A model generated the notes under the pieces. It made no database searches. It was given only the letters and a program-made list of their open reading frames with translations, and had not been told where the DNA came from. Below are positions 51,086 through 62,164 of a DNA stretch of 64,000 bases, in pieces. Location of the stretch: contig NC_043007.1 of the NCBI RefSeq assembly GCF_006345805.1, positions 32,550,001 to 32,614,000 of the forward strand, written 5' to 3'. This stretch comes from Octopus sinensis (taxonomy: Eukaryota). How positions within the stretch are numbered: position 1 is the stretch's first letter; every line of letters starts with the position of its first letter. The translations under genes were made by a program, and so were the position numbers.

Positions 51086-51478
51086 TCTCTCTATATATAA
51101 AACTGAAGTTGTCAGTGTATGGCAGGTTTGGTAGCCTTCAACAAACACTATCTCCTCCGAGACCCTGCGGCGCAAGTTGACCAAAATTGAGAGTATGATA
51201 GAAGAAGGCTTGCTCTTCCTTCCGCAGAAGAAAAAATTCAAATCAGATCATGTTAACACCAAAAATTATTTACATCAAAAAGGTGCTTTTTTTTTCTAAG
51301 AAAATCCCTAATTTTTACAATTTTTTACTGCAGTGTCGCCATTTCTCGGTGTATTTCAACCAGAAAAATGTTCACTTAAAGAGAATAACAAGCTACAGCA
51401 TGCAAAATTTTTACTTTTCAAAAATTCCAATTCAAAAGGGTCGAAACAAACCCGAGCAATGCCGGGTGATACTGCTAC
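51086..51478 (+). mobile_element. Non-autonomous Helitron
   Basis: A|TCTCTCTATATATAAAA start, subterminal hairpin ACCCGAGCAATGCCGGGT at 51450-51467, CTAC|T end (CTRR variant), no TSD. Confidence 0.75.
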
Positions 51479-51657
51479 TATATATATACTGAAATCAGTC
51501 TGTGAAGTTAACAATGTCAGTTAATTATAAATACACCTGTTCAAAGGCATCTTTTTTAAACAACATTTATTCAAATTATCTTTTAGACAATTTTTTGTTC
51601 TTTAAAAGAAATCATCCTCCTCCTCATCATCATCATCACCACCATTATTATTATTAC

Positions 51658-51689
<32 letters not shown>

Positions 51690-51899
51690 CGGCGAGCTGG
51701 CAGAATTGTTAGCATGCTGGATGAAAAGCTGAGCGGTATTTCGTCTGTCACTAGGTTCTGAGTTCAAATTCCGCTGGGGTCAACTTTGCCTTTCATCCTT
51801 TCGAGGTCGATTAAATAAGTACCAGTTATGCACCGGGGTCGATGTAATTGATTTAATCTCTTACCCCGAATTTGAGGCCTTGTGCTTCCAGTAGAAAGG

Positions 51900-51949
<50 letters not shown>

Positions 51950-52033
51950 GGCAGTGAGCTGGCAGAATTGTTAGCATGCTGCAAGAAGTACTTAGTGGAG
52001 TTTCGCCCATCACTCCGTTCTGAGTTCAAATTC

Positions 52034-52363
52034 CATCGCTTCTTTCCTCATCATGAATTTCAGTACGACCAACTGCAAACGCCCTACACCATTTGTGGAC
52101 ATTTCTGACAAGTATGCACGACTCACCATACACTTCTGTTAATTGGCAATGAACTTCAATCGGTTTAATGCCTTTTGTGTTAAAAAACTGAATAACTGCG
52201 AGAGCTCCATCAGAGACGACTGCCAAACCGAGACTGAGAGTGGCAGCAAGGTGCACGCAGGGGCAGGTGCAGGCGTATGCACAACAGTGTTGCCAATAGC
52301 CATATGCACAGTTTCCTTGTGTCCCCAGCGCTTTGGAGACCTTACTTTTGGGATTACCCTTGT
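52034..52363 (-). mobile_element. Truncated mariner (left TIR plus HTH region)
   Basis: TA-CAAGGGTAATCCCAAAAGTAAGGTCTCC TIR; FFNTKGIKPIEVHCQLTEVYGESC..VHKWCRAF..GRTEIHDEERS. Confidence 0.85.
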
Positions 52364-52388
52364 ATTTACATCATAAGATGACAATGAC

Positions 52389-52446
<58 letters not shown>

Positions 52447-53702
52447 TGGTGGTGGTGGTGGTCACTTATTTGAGACAGAAAAGTGAAGCAACTTATCAGT
52501 GGAAATCTTTCTCCTTTCCATCTCAAAAATAGTGATTATCAGGACTTATTTCGTGATGTTACGATATTTTCTGTTTTCAAAGTCAGAAGAAAAATACAAA
52601 ATGAAAATTTAAAAAAAAAAAAAATTCCAGCAGCATAAAATTCATAATTGTAATTCTTTTACGAGTCATGCAAGTCGTTAGGTTCATAACGAACAACGAA
52701 TGCGGAAGAATCAACTACAAAGCAATTCCAAAGTTCCAGCAGTGTCATCATCACCATTATCATCATCGTTGTAGCTATTATTCTTGTCATTGGCCTCCCC
52801 TTCCTTCCCCTCCTCCTCATCATTATCTTTTTACAACTATTTTCCATGCTGACATGAGAAGAAGAGTTTTACAGGAACCAACAAATGTGAAGACTGCACC
52901 AGGATCCAAGGTCTGCTTTGGCATGGTGTCTATGCCAAGATGCTTTTCCTTATGTCAATCACTTCATGAAGCCTACTTGATGTTTTGCTTTATGGCACCA
53001 ACACTAGTGGGGTTGCCTTGTTGCTTGCAAGAATGTGGCTCTCTGTTGATTATGATGACAAAGATTCCAGTTGATTTGGTCAATGGAACAGCTTGCTCAT
53101 GAAATTAATGTGCAAGTGGCTGAGCACTCCACAGACATGCGTAACTTCTAGATAGTTCCCAGGGAGATTCAACATGACGCAGAACATGACAAGGCTGGCC
53201 CTTTGAAATACAAGCAAGACTAATTTTTGCCTGTTGGATGGGCTGGAGCAATGTGAAATAAAGTATCTTGCTCCATGGCACAACACACTGCAGGGAATTG
53301 AACTCACGGCCTGACAATCATGAGCCAAATACTCTAACCACTTAGCCAAGTGCTTTCTTAACATTAACAACAAACATTTACACTGAAGCTAGCAACAAGG
53401 CTTCAAGTCCATAAATATTTGTTAATTTACTATTATTATTATTACTATTAAGGCAGCAAGCTGGCAGAATCATTTGCATGCCAGGCGAAATGCGTAGTGG
53501 TATTTCAACTGCCGCTATGTTCTGAGTTCAAATTCTGCTGAGGTCGACTTTGCCTTTCATCCTTTGGAGTTGATTAAATATGTACCAGTTACGCACTGGG
53601 GTCGATATAATTGACTTAATCCGTTTGCCTGTCCTTATTTGTCCTGTTTGTGTTTAGCCCCTTGTGGGTAGTAAAGAAATAGGTATTTTATCTGCCGTTA
53701 CG

Positions 53703-53910
53703 TTCAGTCTTTGAACCTACGCTAGGTTCATCCATCCTTTTGACAGGTCTTGTTTTCAGTCCTGCAGGGTTTCTAACAACCCTCCTCACCAGGCCAACCT
53801 GGTGAGGATGCTGGTTTAGTTAGTGACGACCTGACCATACAACAGGTTGTACTGAATTCCATTTCACCAGTAGCACCCATAAGGGACCTCACGAGTGCCC
53901 TGACACAACA
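53703..53910 (-). mobile_element. Highly structured repeat fragment, possibly LINE (RTE) 5' UTR
   Basis: Perfect hairpins at 53712-53730 (8 bp) and 53783-53808 (11 bp). Family assignment is inference. Confidence 0.4.
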
Positions 53911-53984
53911 TGACATATATATACTTACATACAAACATGCATACACACATATAAACATACACACACATACAGACATACATCTAT

Positions 53985-54490
53985 GTGTATGTGTTTGTGT
54001 GTGTTCTTGTTTTCACATTTTGTGATATAAACATGCATACACATATACACACATACAGACACACATATACATGCATATATACACACACATACATACACAC
54101 ATGCATACATACATCTTAGTGTATGTGTGCGTGTTTGTGTTCTTGTTTTCACATTGTGTGATACAAACATGCATACACACATACAAACATGCATACACAC
54201 ACACACACACATACATACATATATACATACATACATATTTGTGTGTGTGTGTTCCTGTTTTCACATTGTGTGATAGTTGTAAATGCACTTGACTATGATA
54301 CACGTGATGTCCTTTGGTTCCAATCTTCTGTGAGAAAGAAAATGGCCTGGCACTGGAGAAATATTATGCTATTTGGAAACAGGTAACAGTCAAAGACAGG
54401 AAGGCTATACAGCCATTGATAATTTTCTTCAACAAATTCCGTTTGACTCATGCCGCCATGGCAAAGTACATGTCAAAGCAATGATGATGA
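53985..54490 (+). repeat. Triplicated TGTTCTTGTTTTCACATT(T/G)TGTGATA block in microsatellite, leading into SINE family D
   Basis: Copies near 54000, 54135 and 54250. Family D (ATATTACCTTGCTTGGAAACAGG) also at ~13940-14160, 28080-28290, 62860-63060 and 63090-63230(-). Confidence 0.7.
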
Positions 54491-55264
54491 TGATGATCAT
54501 CATGAAGATATACATACTTACACACATACATATACACATACATACATACACACATACATACATTCATACATACATACATACACACATACATACATACATA
54601 CACACATACATACACACATACATACATACATACATACATGTGTGTGTTGTGTAATCCATATTTAGAACTTCATTCTTTATACCTGAAAAGAGAAAATTGC
54701 AAAGAGAACTTGCAAGATTCGGTTCAGTGATCTCGTTAGTTAGAAAGGTCACAGAGTACAGAGAGAAGAACCAGACCAAATGTCTTTCTTTATGAATTCT
54801 TTAACAACGAAAAATAATCTACAAAGTCTCTTGATTTCTTTCTCCCCACCCTACCACCCTATATATACTCTCTTTTACTTGTTTCAGTCATTTGACTGTG
54901 GCCATGCCGGAGCATCACCTTTAGTCGAGCAAATTGACCCCAGGACTTATTCTTTGTAAGCCTAGTACTTATTCTATCGGTCTCTTTTGTTGAACTGCTA
55001 AGTTACAGGGACGTAAACACACCAGCAACGATTATCAAGCGATGGTGAGGGGACAAACAGAGATACACAAACAATATATATACATGGTTCTGGGTTCAGT
55101 CCCACTGCATGGCACCTTGGGCAAGTGTCTTCTATTATAGCCTTGGACCGACCAAAGCCTTGTGAGTGGATTTGGTAGATGGAAACTGACAGAAGCCTGT
55201 CGTGTATGTATGTATATATATATATATTGTTTGTGTTCCTAAGGTAATTTTCGATGTAATTATT

Positions 55265-55412
55265 CTTGTTGTTGTTGTTGTTCAGGTCACTGCTTGGAAT
55301 CGAACTCGGAATCTTGGGGTTAGTAGCCCGCGCTCTTAACCACTACACCATATGTCCGTGGCATTAACAACAAACAAGACGAGGACAAATATCCGTCGAA
55401 TGTAAATAATAT
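55265..55412 (-). mobile_element. Second copy of same tRNA-headed SINE with inverted body fragment at its 5' end
   Basis: Head with A box TGGTGTAGTGG and B box GAGTTCGATTCC on minus, abutting plus-strand TTAACAACAAACAAGACGAGGACAAATATCCGTC. Confidence 0.7.
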
Positions 55413-56169
55413 AAATAAGGTGATAGAGGTTGAAACATTTTCCAGAAGTAATGTTTGCTGCCACTTCAACATGGCTGTTCTGTACAGAACTATGTTGCTA
55501 CCAGCTGGAGCAGATATTCTCCTGGGGTTACAAAAATGGTAGTTATGTAGTTCCGTGTGAAACAGCCATGTTGAAGTGACAACAAACATTATTTTTTTTT
55601 AATCGTTATTATTTAAATCTGTTGTAGAGATTTTAGAAATAGCTACCTTGCTTGTTACAAAATCAGCACTGAATGTTACTTATTTTTCTATATATTGTGA
55701 GGTAGGATGAACGACTGCCATACCTAGCAGACAGGTGACCAGTACTGATAAAGTTATAGATGGTCGTGGTCACCATTATAGATAGTGGTCTGTGGTGCAT
55801 GTAGCAGAAAACAGCACAGCTCCTTCCATGACTTCAGGAAACATTTTTTCACGCTGAGAGTTGCTGAAGCGTAGAAACTGCCGGCATCAGTTGTTAGTTG
55901 TCGGAGCACTGCATCCTTCAAAACTTCCATGCTTTCTGAGATTCGCCAACACTACACCTGATTTTCTCCCCTCCATACACACACAAGCATGTATCTGACT
56001 CATACATTGTTCGCTTTCCAGACATTTTTACATTACTGCATGTACTTTATATGCACTTTCTGACAGTTGTGGTGCACCTGAGCACTGTATACAATAATTG
56101 CATTATCATTAGCATGACCATCTAATAATGACTCATATCAGAAGGCTGAAATAATACATATAAAGTACC

Positions 56170-56956
56170 AGTTGGAAAAGAGACAGAGACACAGCCAAGT
56201 AGAAGGCTTATGAAAGATTTATTGATATAATTACATGCATCTGTGTGGGTCATATGTTTGCTGTTAACCATGGTGAAGCAGTTCATGAACAGCAGTATGT
56301 TAGAATCTGTGAAGGTGGTGAGCTGGCAGAATCATTAGCACGCCGGGCGAAACGCTTAGCAGTATTTCATCTGCCGCTACGTTCTGAGTTCAAATTCTGC
56401 CGAGGTTGACTTTGCCTTTCATCCTTTCGGGGTCGATAAATTAAGTACCACTTACGCACTGGGGTCGATGTAATCGACTTAATCCGTTTGTTTGTTCCTG
56501 TTTGTCCTCTCTGTGTTTAGCCCCTTGTGGTTAATAAAGAAATAGGTGTTAGAATCTGTGCAATGTGGCTGGTGCTGTGTACATAGAGATGTTGTTGACG
56601 ACGTTAGTGAGAGACATGATGGTGGCGACAAAGATGGGGGTCACTGTAATGCTGTTGGACGGGTGTTGTCTTGCGTCGTTGCTGGAACTGGCTGTGTTGT
56701 GCGGTCAGTTGCTAGACCTTTATAGGTCTGGAACCAACAGGCCCCCAAAACGTGGAGAAGTTGAGTAATAGTAGTCTAAAATTGGGGTTGTGAATAGACT
56801 GTCTCACGTGATTTTATTTGGAGTCTTCGATTGGTTAGGTTGCATATTGGCATGATAGAGTAAGAGACAAATTGTGCCAATACTAACCAATCAGAGTAGT
56901 GGACACAACAGGGTCCAAATAACATCCAAAGGCTAGCTGTTATCTGCTGTGTTCAC
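56170..56956 (-). mobile_element. Putative solo LTR (interrupted by SINE A)
   Basis: On minus: TGTGAACA start, ATTGG/CCAAT boxes, CACGTG, TATAAA, then AATAAA and TTTCCA-AC-TGGT end. No TSD confirmed. Confidence 0.35.
56312..56546 (+). mobile_element. Full-length young SINE A
   Basis: 14 bp TSD TGTTAGAATCTGTG at 56298-56311 and 56547-56560. Confidence 0.92.
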
Positions 56957-58299
56957 AGGAGTGGCTGTGTGGTAAGTAGCTTGCTAACCATGCACATGGT
57001 TCCGGGTTCAGTCCCACTGCGTGGCATCTTGGGCAAGTGTCTTCTATAGCCCCGGGTCGGCCAATGCCTTGTGAGTGGATTTGGTAGACGGAAACTGAAA
57101 GAAGCCTGTCGTATATATGTATTTATATATATATGTGTGTGTGTTTGTCCCCCTAGCATTGCTTGACAACCGATGCTGGTGTGTTTACGTCCCCGTCACT
57201 TAGCGGTTCGGCAAAAAAGAGACCAATAGAATAAGTACTGGGCTTACAAAGAATAAGTCCCGGGGTCGATTTGCTCGACTAAAGGCGGTGCTCCAGCATG
57301 GCCGCAGTCAAATGACTGAAACAAGTAAAAGAGAGAAAGAAAGAGAGAGGAATTTCACTAGAGCGTACGCTACAAAGGGAAATACCAGGAAACCCTTTCT
57401 AATTACAAACCCCTTTACAGGAGTGTAGCAGGTGCTCTTTATGTGGTGCCAGTACAGATGATATTTTTATGTGATGCTGGCACAGGTGCTATTTATGTGG
57501 CACCAGCCCAGGTGCTTTTTATGTGGTGCCAGCACAGGTGCTTTTTACATTGCACCAGCATGGGCGCTTTTAATGGGTTACTGGGCTTGGGTTGATCATA
57601 TCAGTTATGGTAGGCTGTATAGAAATTTTGAGTGAAAAGCATTTATTTATTTTACCTTTTTTTTTTGAGCCCTAGGTCTTACAAGGCCAGTTACCTGTTT
57701 TCCATGGCTTATAAGTGACTGAAATCACAACATTCTCAGTGTATAGGTTTGCAGGGTCCAAGGCAAGGGAAAGGGACAAGTTGATTATATCAATCTCAGT
57801 ACTTGACTCTAAAGAGATGAAAGGTCAAGTTGACTTTGACAGGATTTGAACTTAGAACAATCAGAGGTAGAAGAAATGCTGTTAAGCATTTTGTCCAACA
57901 TGATAACGATTCTGCCAGCTTGCTGCCTTAGTTATTTATTCGGCAACTTAAAATAAAGTCTTTAGAAAATTTCCTAGGAATAGCTTTACTCAAGGAAAAA
58001 AATTTGGAGTGTGGTTGTTCATTTTAGTGAATATTCTTTTTTGCAGAAGGCGTTCTTCGGAAATTTACGTGTGATTATGATAAGTTGTTAAATCATTGAG
58101 GGTTTTCAGTCAAAAGTCTTTATTCCTTCAGTCACTGTACTTGACTAACATCAAACTACCTTCCACATCACCAATAATGTTTTCAGTCAACGTTTAGATT
58201 TCGGAGTTGCCTCCCTTATTTTCCTGATCTGAATTTATCTTTAATTATATTTTCCCTCATTATATTTATAATTAAAATTTATTATTTTTTTTTTGGTCA

Positions 58300-58753
58300 G
58301 CGCCATCATAGCTACATGAACAAATTTACCATGTCGTTATACTACAACTATTTTGTTTTTTTTTGTCAATCAGGAACAGATCAAAGCTTAAATTTCTATA
58401 CATTTTAATTTTCCATTTCCTTCAACACATCAAATTACTTAGACATAAACTTTCTCATTTTAACACAACTACACAAATTCAAGGATAATAGTGAAGTTAG
58501 CTTAACCAACACACAACAACAACTGTGAATAATTTTATCCAATTCCATATGGATAAAAGAATAAAGTTGCCTGAAGATTTTTTTTTTCTGTAGAGAAATG
58601 GGAAGCAACCCTTAATTGTCCACCAGATGTCGCTACTTCTTGCCAGGCGGTGTAGCGGGAAAGGCCTTTCATTCTTCCCCAAACGTCTCCAAGACATTAA
58701 AACCAATTCGTAAATGTTTCCTCTTTTCATTTCTCTCTGACCGTTTGCTAACA
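58300..58753. promoter_or_regulatory. Probable bidirectional promoter / AP4M1 5' region
   Basis: CpG-containing unique DNA. CTCF-like TCCACCAGATGTCGCTA at 58619-58635, E2F-type GCGGGAAA at 58655-58662, and a minus-strand ATG|GTAAAT at 58332-58324. Confidence 0.5.
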
Positions 58754-58814
58754 ATGTATATTTCCGAAATATTTATTACGACTACTCGAGGAGATATCCT
58801 TATTCACAAAAAAT
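58754..58814 (+). CDS. AP4M1: AP-4 complex subunit mu, coding exon 1 (MYISEIFITTTRGDILIHKK, phase 1)
   Basis: Resembles the AP4M1 N-terminus ([20 protein letters not shown]). The 61 nt exon is followed by GTATCCTTT. Phases fit exons 2 and 3. Confidence 0.88.
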
Positions 58815-58937
58815 GTATCCTTTTTGCAAAACTGCTTCCGATTCTTCACCAAGATTCTGTCCATAACTTTGTAACTGTTTGTAATTAAACGGACATTTAA
58901 TTAATATTTAATTAGTATTATTCTGAAAAAGAAAAAG

Positions 58938-59340
58938 ATGCGTGAATGTAGCAAGGATGGCACGTATGAATGACGAAGCCACCTTCAGCATGATCCGATG
59001 AACCCGGAAAAATTTAAAACAGGGTTACCTACATGTAAACAAATGTGGTAACAGGTAACGTTATTGACCGAGGTTACCGTGGTCTTTTTCGTAGGCTTTT
59101 CTTTCCACGGATAAACCTTATCTGATTCCCCCTTTACACCATGACATTACTGTGACCCACGATCCCTATTGATCCTTTTTTTCCCTTTTATTTTCTTTCC
59201 TTTTTCTTTTTTTCTTCCCCTTTTACGATCCCTTTTGATCGAAAACCTACCCCGCCTTTTTTTTTCACCCCAAGAAGAAAATCTCTACTTTGTAATCTGT
59301 CCCGTCTGTGTGCAGCCCTGTGTGGCTAATAAAGAAACAT
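58938..59340 (+). mobile_element. L1/Tx1-like LINE 3' end in AP4M1 intron 1
   Basis: RCVNVARMARMNDEATFSMIR* parallels RWVNVRRMASMKGPVLSVHL* at 48560-48622. UTR ends GTGGCTAATAAAGAAAC. Confidence 0.6.
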
Positions 59341-59773
59341 TATTAGTTCTAAACAAGTCGAACTTTATAATTTAGGATTTATTTAAACATTGCTCCAGAT
59401 CTATTTAACAAAGATGCGTTTTAATGACACCTAGTTTCCTTAATTATCGTTTAACAGAATTAATTTTCGCTTATGAATAATTTTGTATCCACACAAATGG
59501 CAATTGTTATTAAATAATCCGATGGCATTTTCCCAAACTTCTCCACCCGTATCGAAAAAAGTTGTCAGTATTTTCTGTATTTGTTTTTGCTTCTTCATCC
59601 CGTTCAAGATGCTTCGTCTTTTGTTTTTCTTTTCTCTTATAATGTTGATTTAGAGTTCAGATCTCATGTGTACAAACAACACTCGTCTACCAAGCAGTGA
59701 TGTGTGTGTAATAAACATTGAAGTCCGTTGATTTCGTCTGCTGTATCTCAATACATTATGAGAAATCCATCAC

Positions 59774-60060
59774 TCGAAACGGCATTCCTTCGATTTGACT
59801 CGACAAAACCAAAACATTTCACTTGGGGTATTTCCGTGGGTCTTGGAGTAATAGATCTAACGAAATTATGCCAGCAATGTCTCATTTTAAACTTGAAGAG
59901 AAAAAGCCTTGAATATTTGTTCTTACCTGTATCATGTGTGTAGGTAAAATCTGCAAATTTCCAAGCAGAAAACAGAATCGAACTGTCATTTGCTTCCACG
60001 GAAATACCCGGAGTGAAGTGTTTTGATTTCTGTCGAGTTATATCGAAAGAATGCCATCGA
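59774..60060. repeat. Diverged inverted repeat (~65 bp arms), MITE-like
   Basis: GGCATTCCTTCGA..CATTTCACTTGGGGTATTTCCGTGG versus CCACGGAAATACCCGGAGTGAAGTG..TCGAAAGAATGCC. Confidence 0.75.
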
Positions 60061-61096
60061 AACAGTTTTCACTTGGATCTGTGAATGTATGCGCAACGAA
60101 ATGTTTTGATTCTTAATTTTACGATCAAAGCAACAATATCTCTCTACATTCTTTCGAAAGAAGTGCAAGGAAACGTTAGATTCTTGCGCTCCTCATCGCA
60201 AATCAACTCACTGGAAAATTTACGGACTCTAAATTTATAATATGAATAGAAAATAAAAATAAGATAAAGTGAATATAGCTGTGTATGTGTTCTTTTGATG
60301 GCCAGGACTACTCTAAGATCTAAGTTACCAATATTTTATTATGAAAATAACTAATTGGAATTTCTTACTGAAACTTGCTTTCATGTTGATATCAGTTTCG
60401 AAGACTTGGGAATATACGATAGATTAATTATAATTAAGCTTAGCCACTCCCAATAATAACAGATAATGTAGTCTGAGATACTCTAGTTTTCTTTTTCTTT
60501 CTTTCTTTTTTTTTTTAAGTGGGGATAGTCCATGGTTGGAACGCGTTTGTTCATAGATCCGCTCGATTATGGGTGACACGAGGCTAAATAATATTTTATG
60601 GGATGTAATTTATTGTAGAAATTAGCATAAAAATTAAATTTGGTGGTAGAATCAGCATTGTACTTTGCAGTATTTAGTTAGAGTTCTTTACGTCTGGGTT
60701 CAAATCCTGCTAGGATGAAGTCATGATTTTTTTGCAGGGAACAATAAGATAAATACATTTTAAGTAACGAATTTCATTTAAGCAACTATTCCATGGTAAT
60801 AAAATTAGAAATCTATTATTGTTAATGATAGCTGTTTATCTTTAGGAAGAAACTCTGGTGCATTTCTCTGAGTGATCATCAAACTATGAAACTGCCATAC
60901 ATCACTCTATTGTTATACTTCACAATGTGGTCCTACATCTCATTTCTGTCACATATCACACCTTGGTCATACATCATATTGTTGCTATAATTCGTACCGT
61001 GGTCATGCATCACACTGCTATCACATATAACACTATCGACCTGTCACACATCATCACAACACCCATCACATTTTGTTATTGACTCACATAATAATA

Positions 61097-61652
61097 TTGG
61101 GTTGTCCGGAGAGTTTGTGCTGATTTTTAAAGGAAAGATAAATACTTGCCACTACATTTTTAATCAACCAAATATGAACCATTTTATTGCACAATGTGTC
61201 TCCATCTTTCCTTTAACTTGAAAATACCCTCTTCCCAGAACTGAGGGGGTTTCATGGCAAAGAATTCATCCAGGTATCTTTTTATGTCATCCAAGGAATT
61301 GAAATTTTTACCATTAAGACTATTCTGTAGAGACCTGAATATGTGGAAATCCGAAGGAGCAATATCTGGTGAATATGGAGGGTGGGGTAACACATCCCAG
61401 CCAAGCTGCAGCAATTTTTGTCTGGTTCCCAAAGCATCAAGTGCCGAAAATGAACTTTCTTATCTTCCATTTTAAAGGGTTGCAGAATTAACACAGGTTA
61501 TAGGAGCATAAACATTCTTCCACGGAAAGATAGCTTAAACTGTGCTCTAAATGGAAGTGTAGTCAAATCCTATTTTATGGACTCAACCATGTTCTAAAAT
61601 AAGTTGAAAAGCAAGCTACTATAAATCGGCACGAACTTTCCGGACAACCCAA
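61097..61652 (-). mobile_element. Internally deleted mariner with both TIRs
   Basis: TA TSD and ~30 bp TIRs TTGGGTTGTCCGGA.AGTT.GTGC.GATTT. N-terminal MEDKKVHFRHLML is fused to LGWDVLPHPPYSPDIAPSDFHIF. Confidence 0.95.
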
Positions 61653-61829
61653 TACAATCTCTCTTAATACCTCCCACTATCTTGTATGCTCACATAAAAA
61701 AACAATTCTCTTGTGTACTTCTCTTCCCATTACCCTCTTAACTGGACCCTTTAATCACTGTCTTTCTTCACACCCCAGTTTAGACAAAATCTCACCCGAA
61801 CCAAGAAAGAACCCCTTTTCTCTCTCCTA

Positions 61830-62010
61830 TGAGGGTAGGCTGGAAAGTTCATAGGCCGACTATGAAAAAGTGATATTAGGGCTGTGAAATCTTGTTTGCA
61901 TGGAAGAAGTGTGGGGACTGCAAGGGGGGCTATGTTGATTAATTAACCTCATTTGGTCAAATTCCATCAGAGTATCTAGGTCAGTCTATGAACGTTTTAG
62001 CCAACCCTTG
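61830..62010. mobile_element. Mariner-type MITE
   Basis: TA flanks; TIRs TGAGGGTAGGCTGGAAAGTTCATAGGCCGAC / GTCAGTCTATGAACGTTTTAGCCAACCCTTG. Confidence 0.8.
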
Positions 62011-62078
62011 TATGGTAGGATGTTTCATTCATTAGTCTGCTAAATGTCCATATTGTTGTTATACTTAACACATGTCAG

Positions 62079-62164
62079 ACAGATTTGATCTGGATTTTGA
62101 CCCTAAAGTCATCTTCCTCAAGAAACTTCGTGCAGTTGGAAATGAACATTTGTTACCCCATTTT
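62079..62164 (+). CDS. AP4M1: AP-4 mu coding exon 2 ((Y)RFDLDFDPKVIFLKKLRAVGNEHLLPIF)
   Basis: gtcAG acceptor and GTGAGT donor. 86 nt, phase 1 to 0, open frame. Aligns to the longin-domain segment FRGD..ELFYRKL..PV. Confidence 0.85.

Larger units (their letters stand above)
58815..62078 (+). other. AP4M1: U12-type (minor spliceosome) GT-AG intron 1 of AP4M1
   Basis: 5' splice site GTATCCTTT. Branch-like TACTTAAC at 62062-62069, with the branch A 10 nt from the 3' AG. No polypyrimidine tract. Confidence 0.85.

Noticed and set aside
55282-55361. Functional tRNA gene (anticodon ACT)
   Set aside because: The acceptor and anticodon stems pair poorly, there is no Ser-type variable arm, and it is attached to a SINE body.
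58000-58340. MCM7 as divergent partner of AP4M1
   Set aside because: No MCM7-like coding sequence was recognised on the minus strand in this window.
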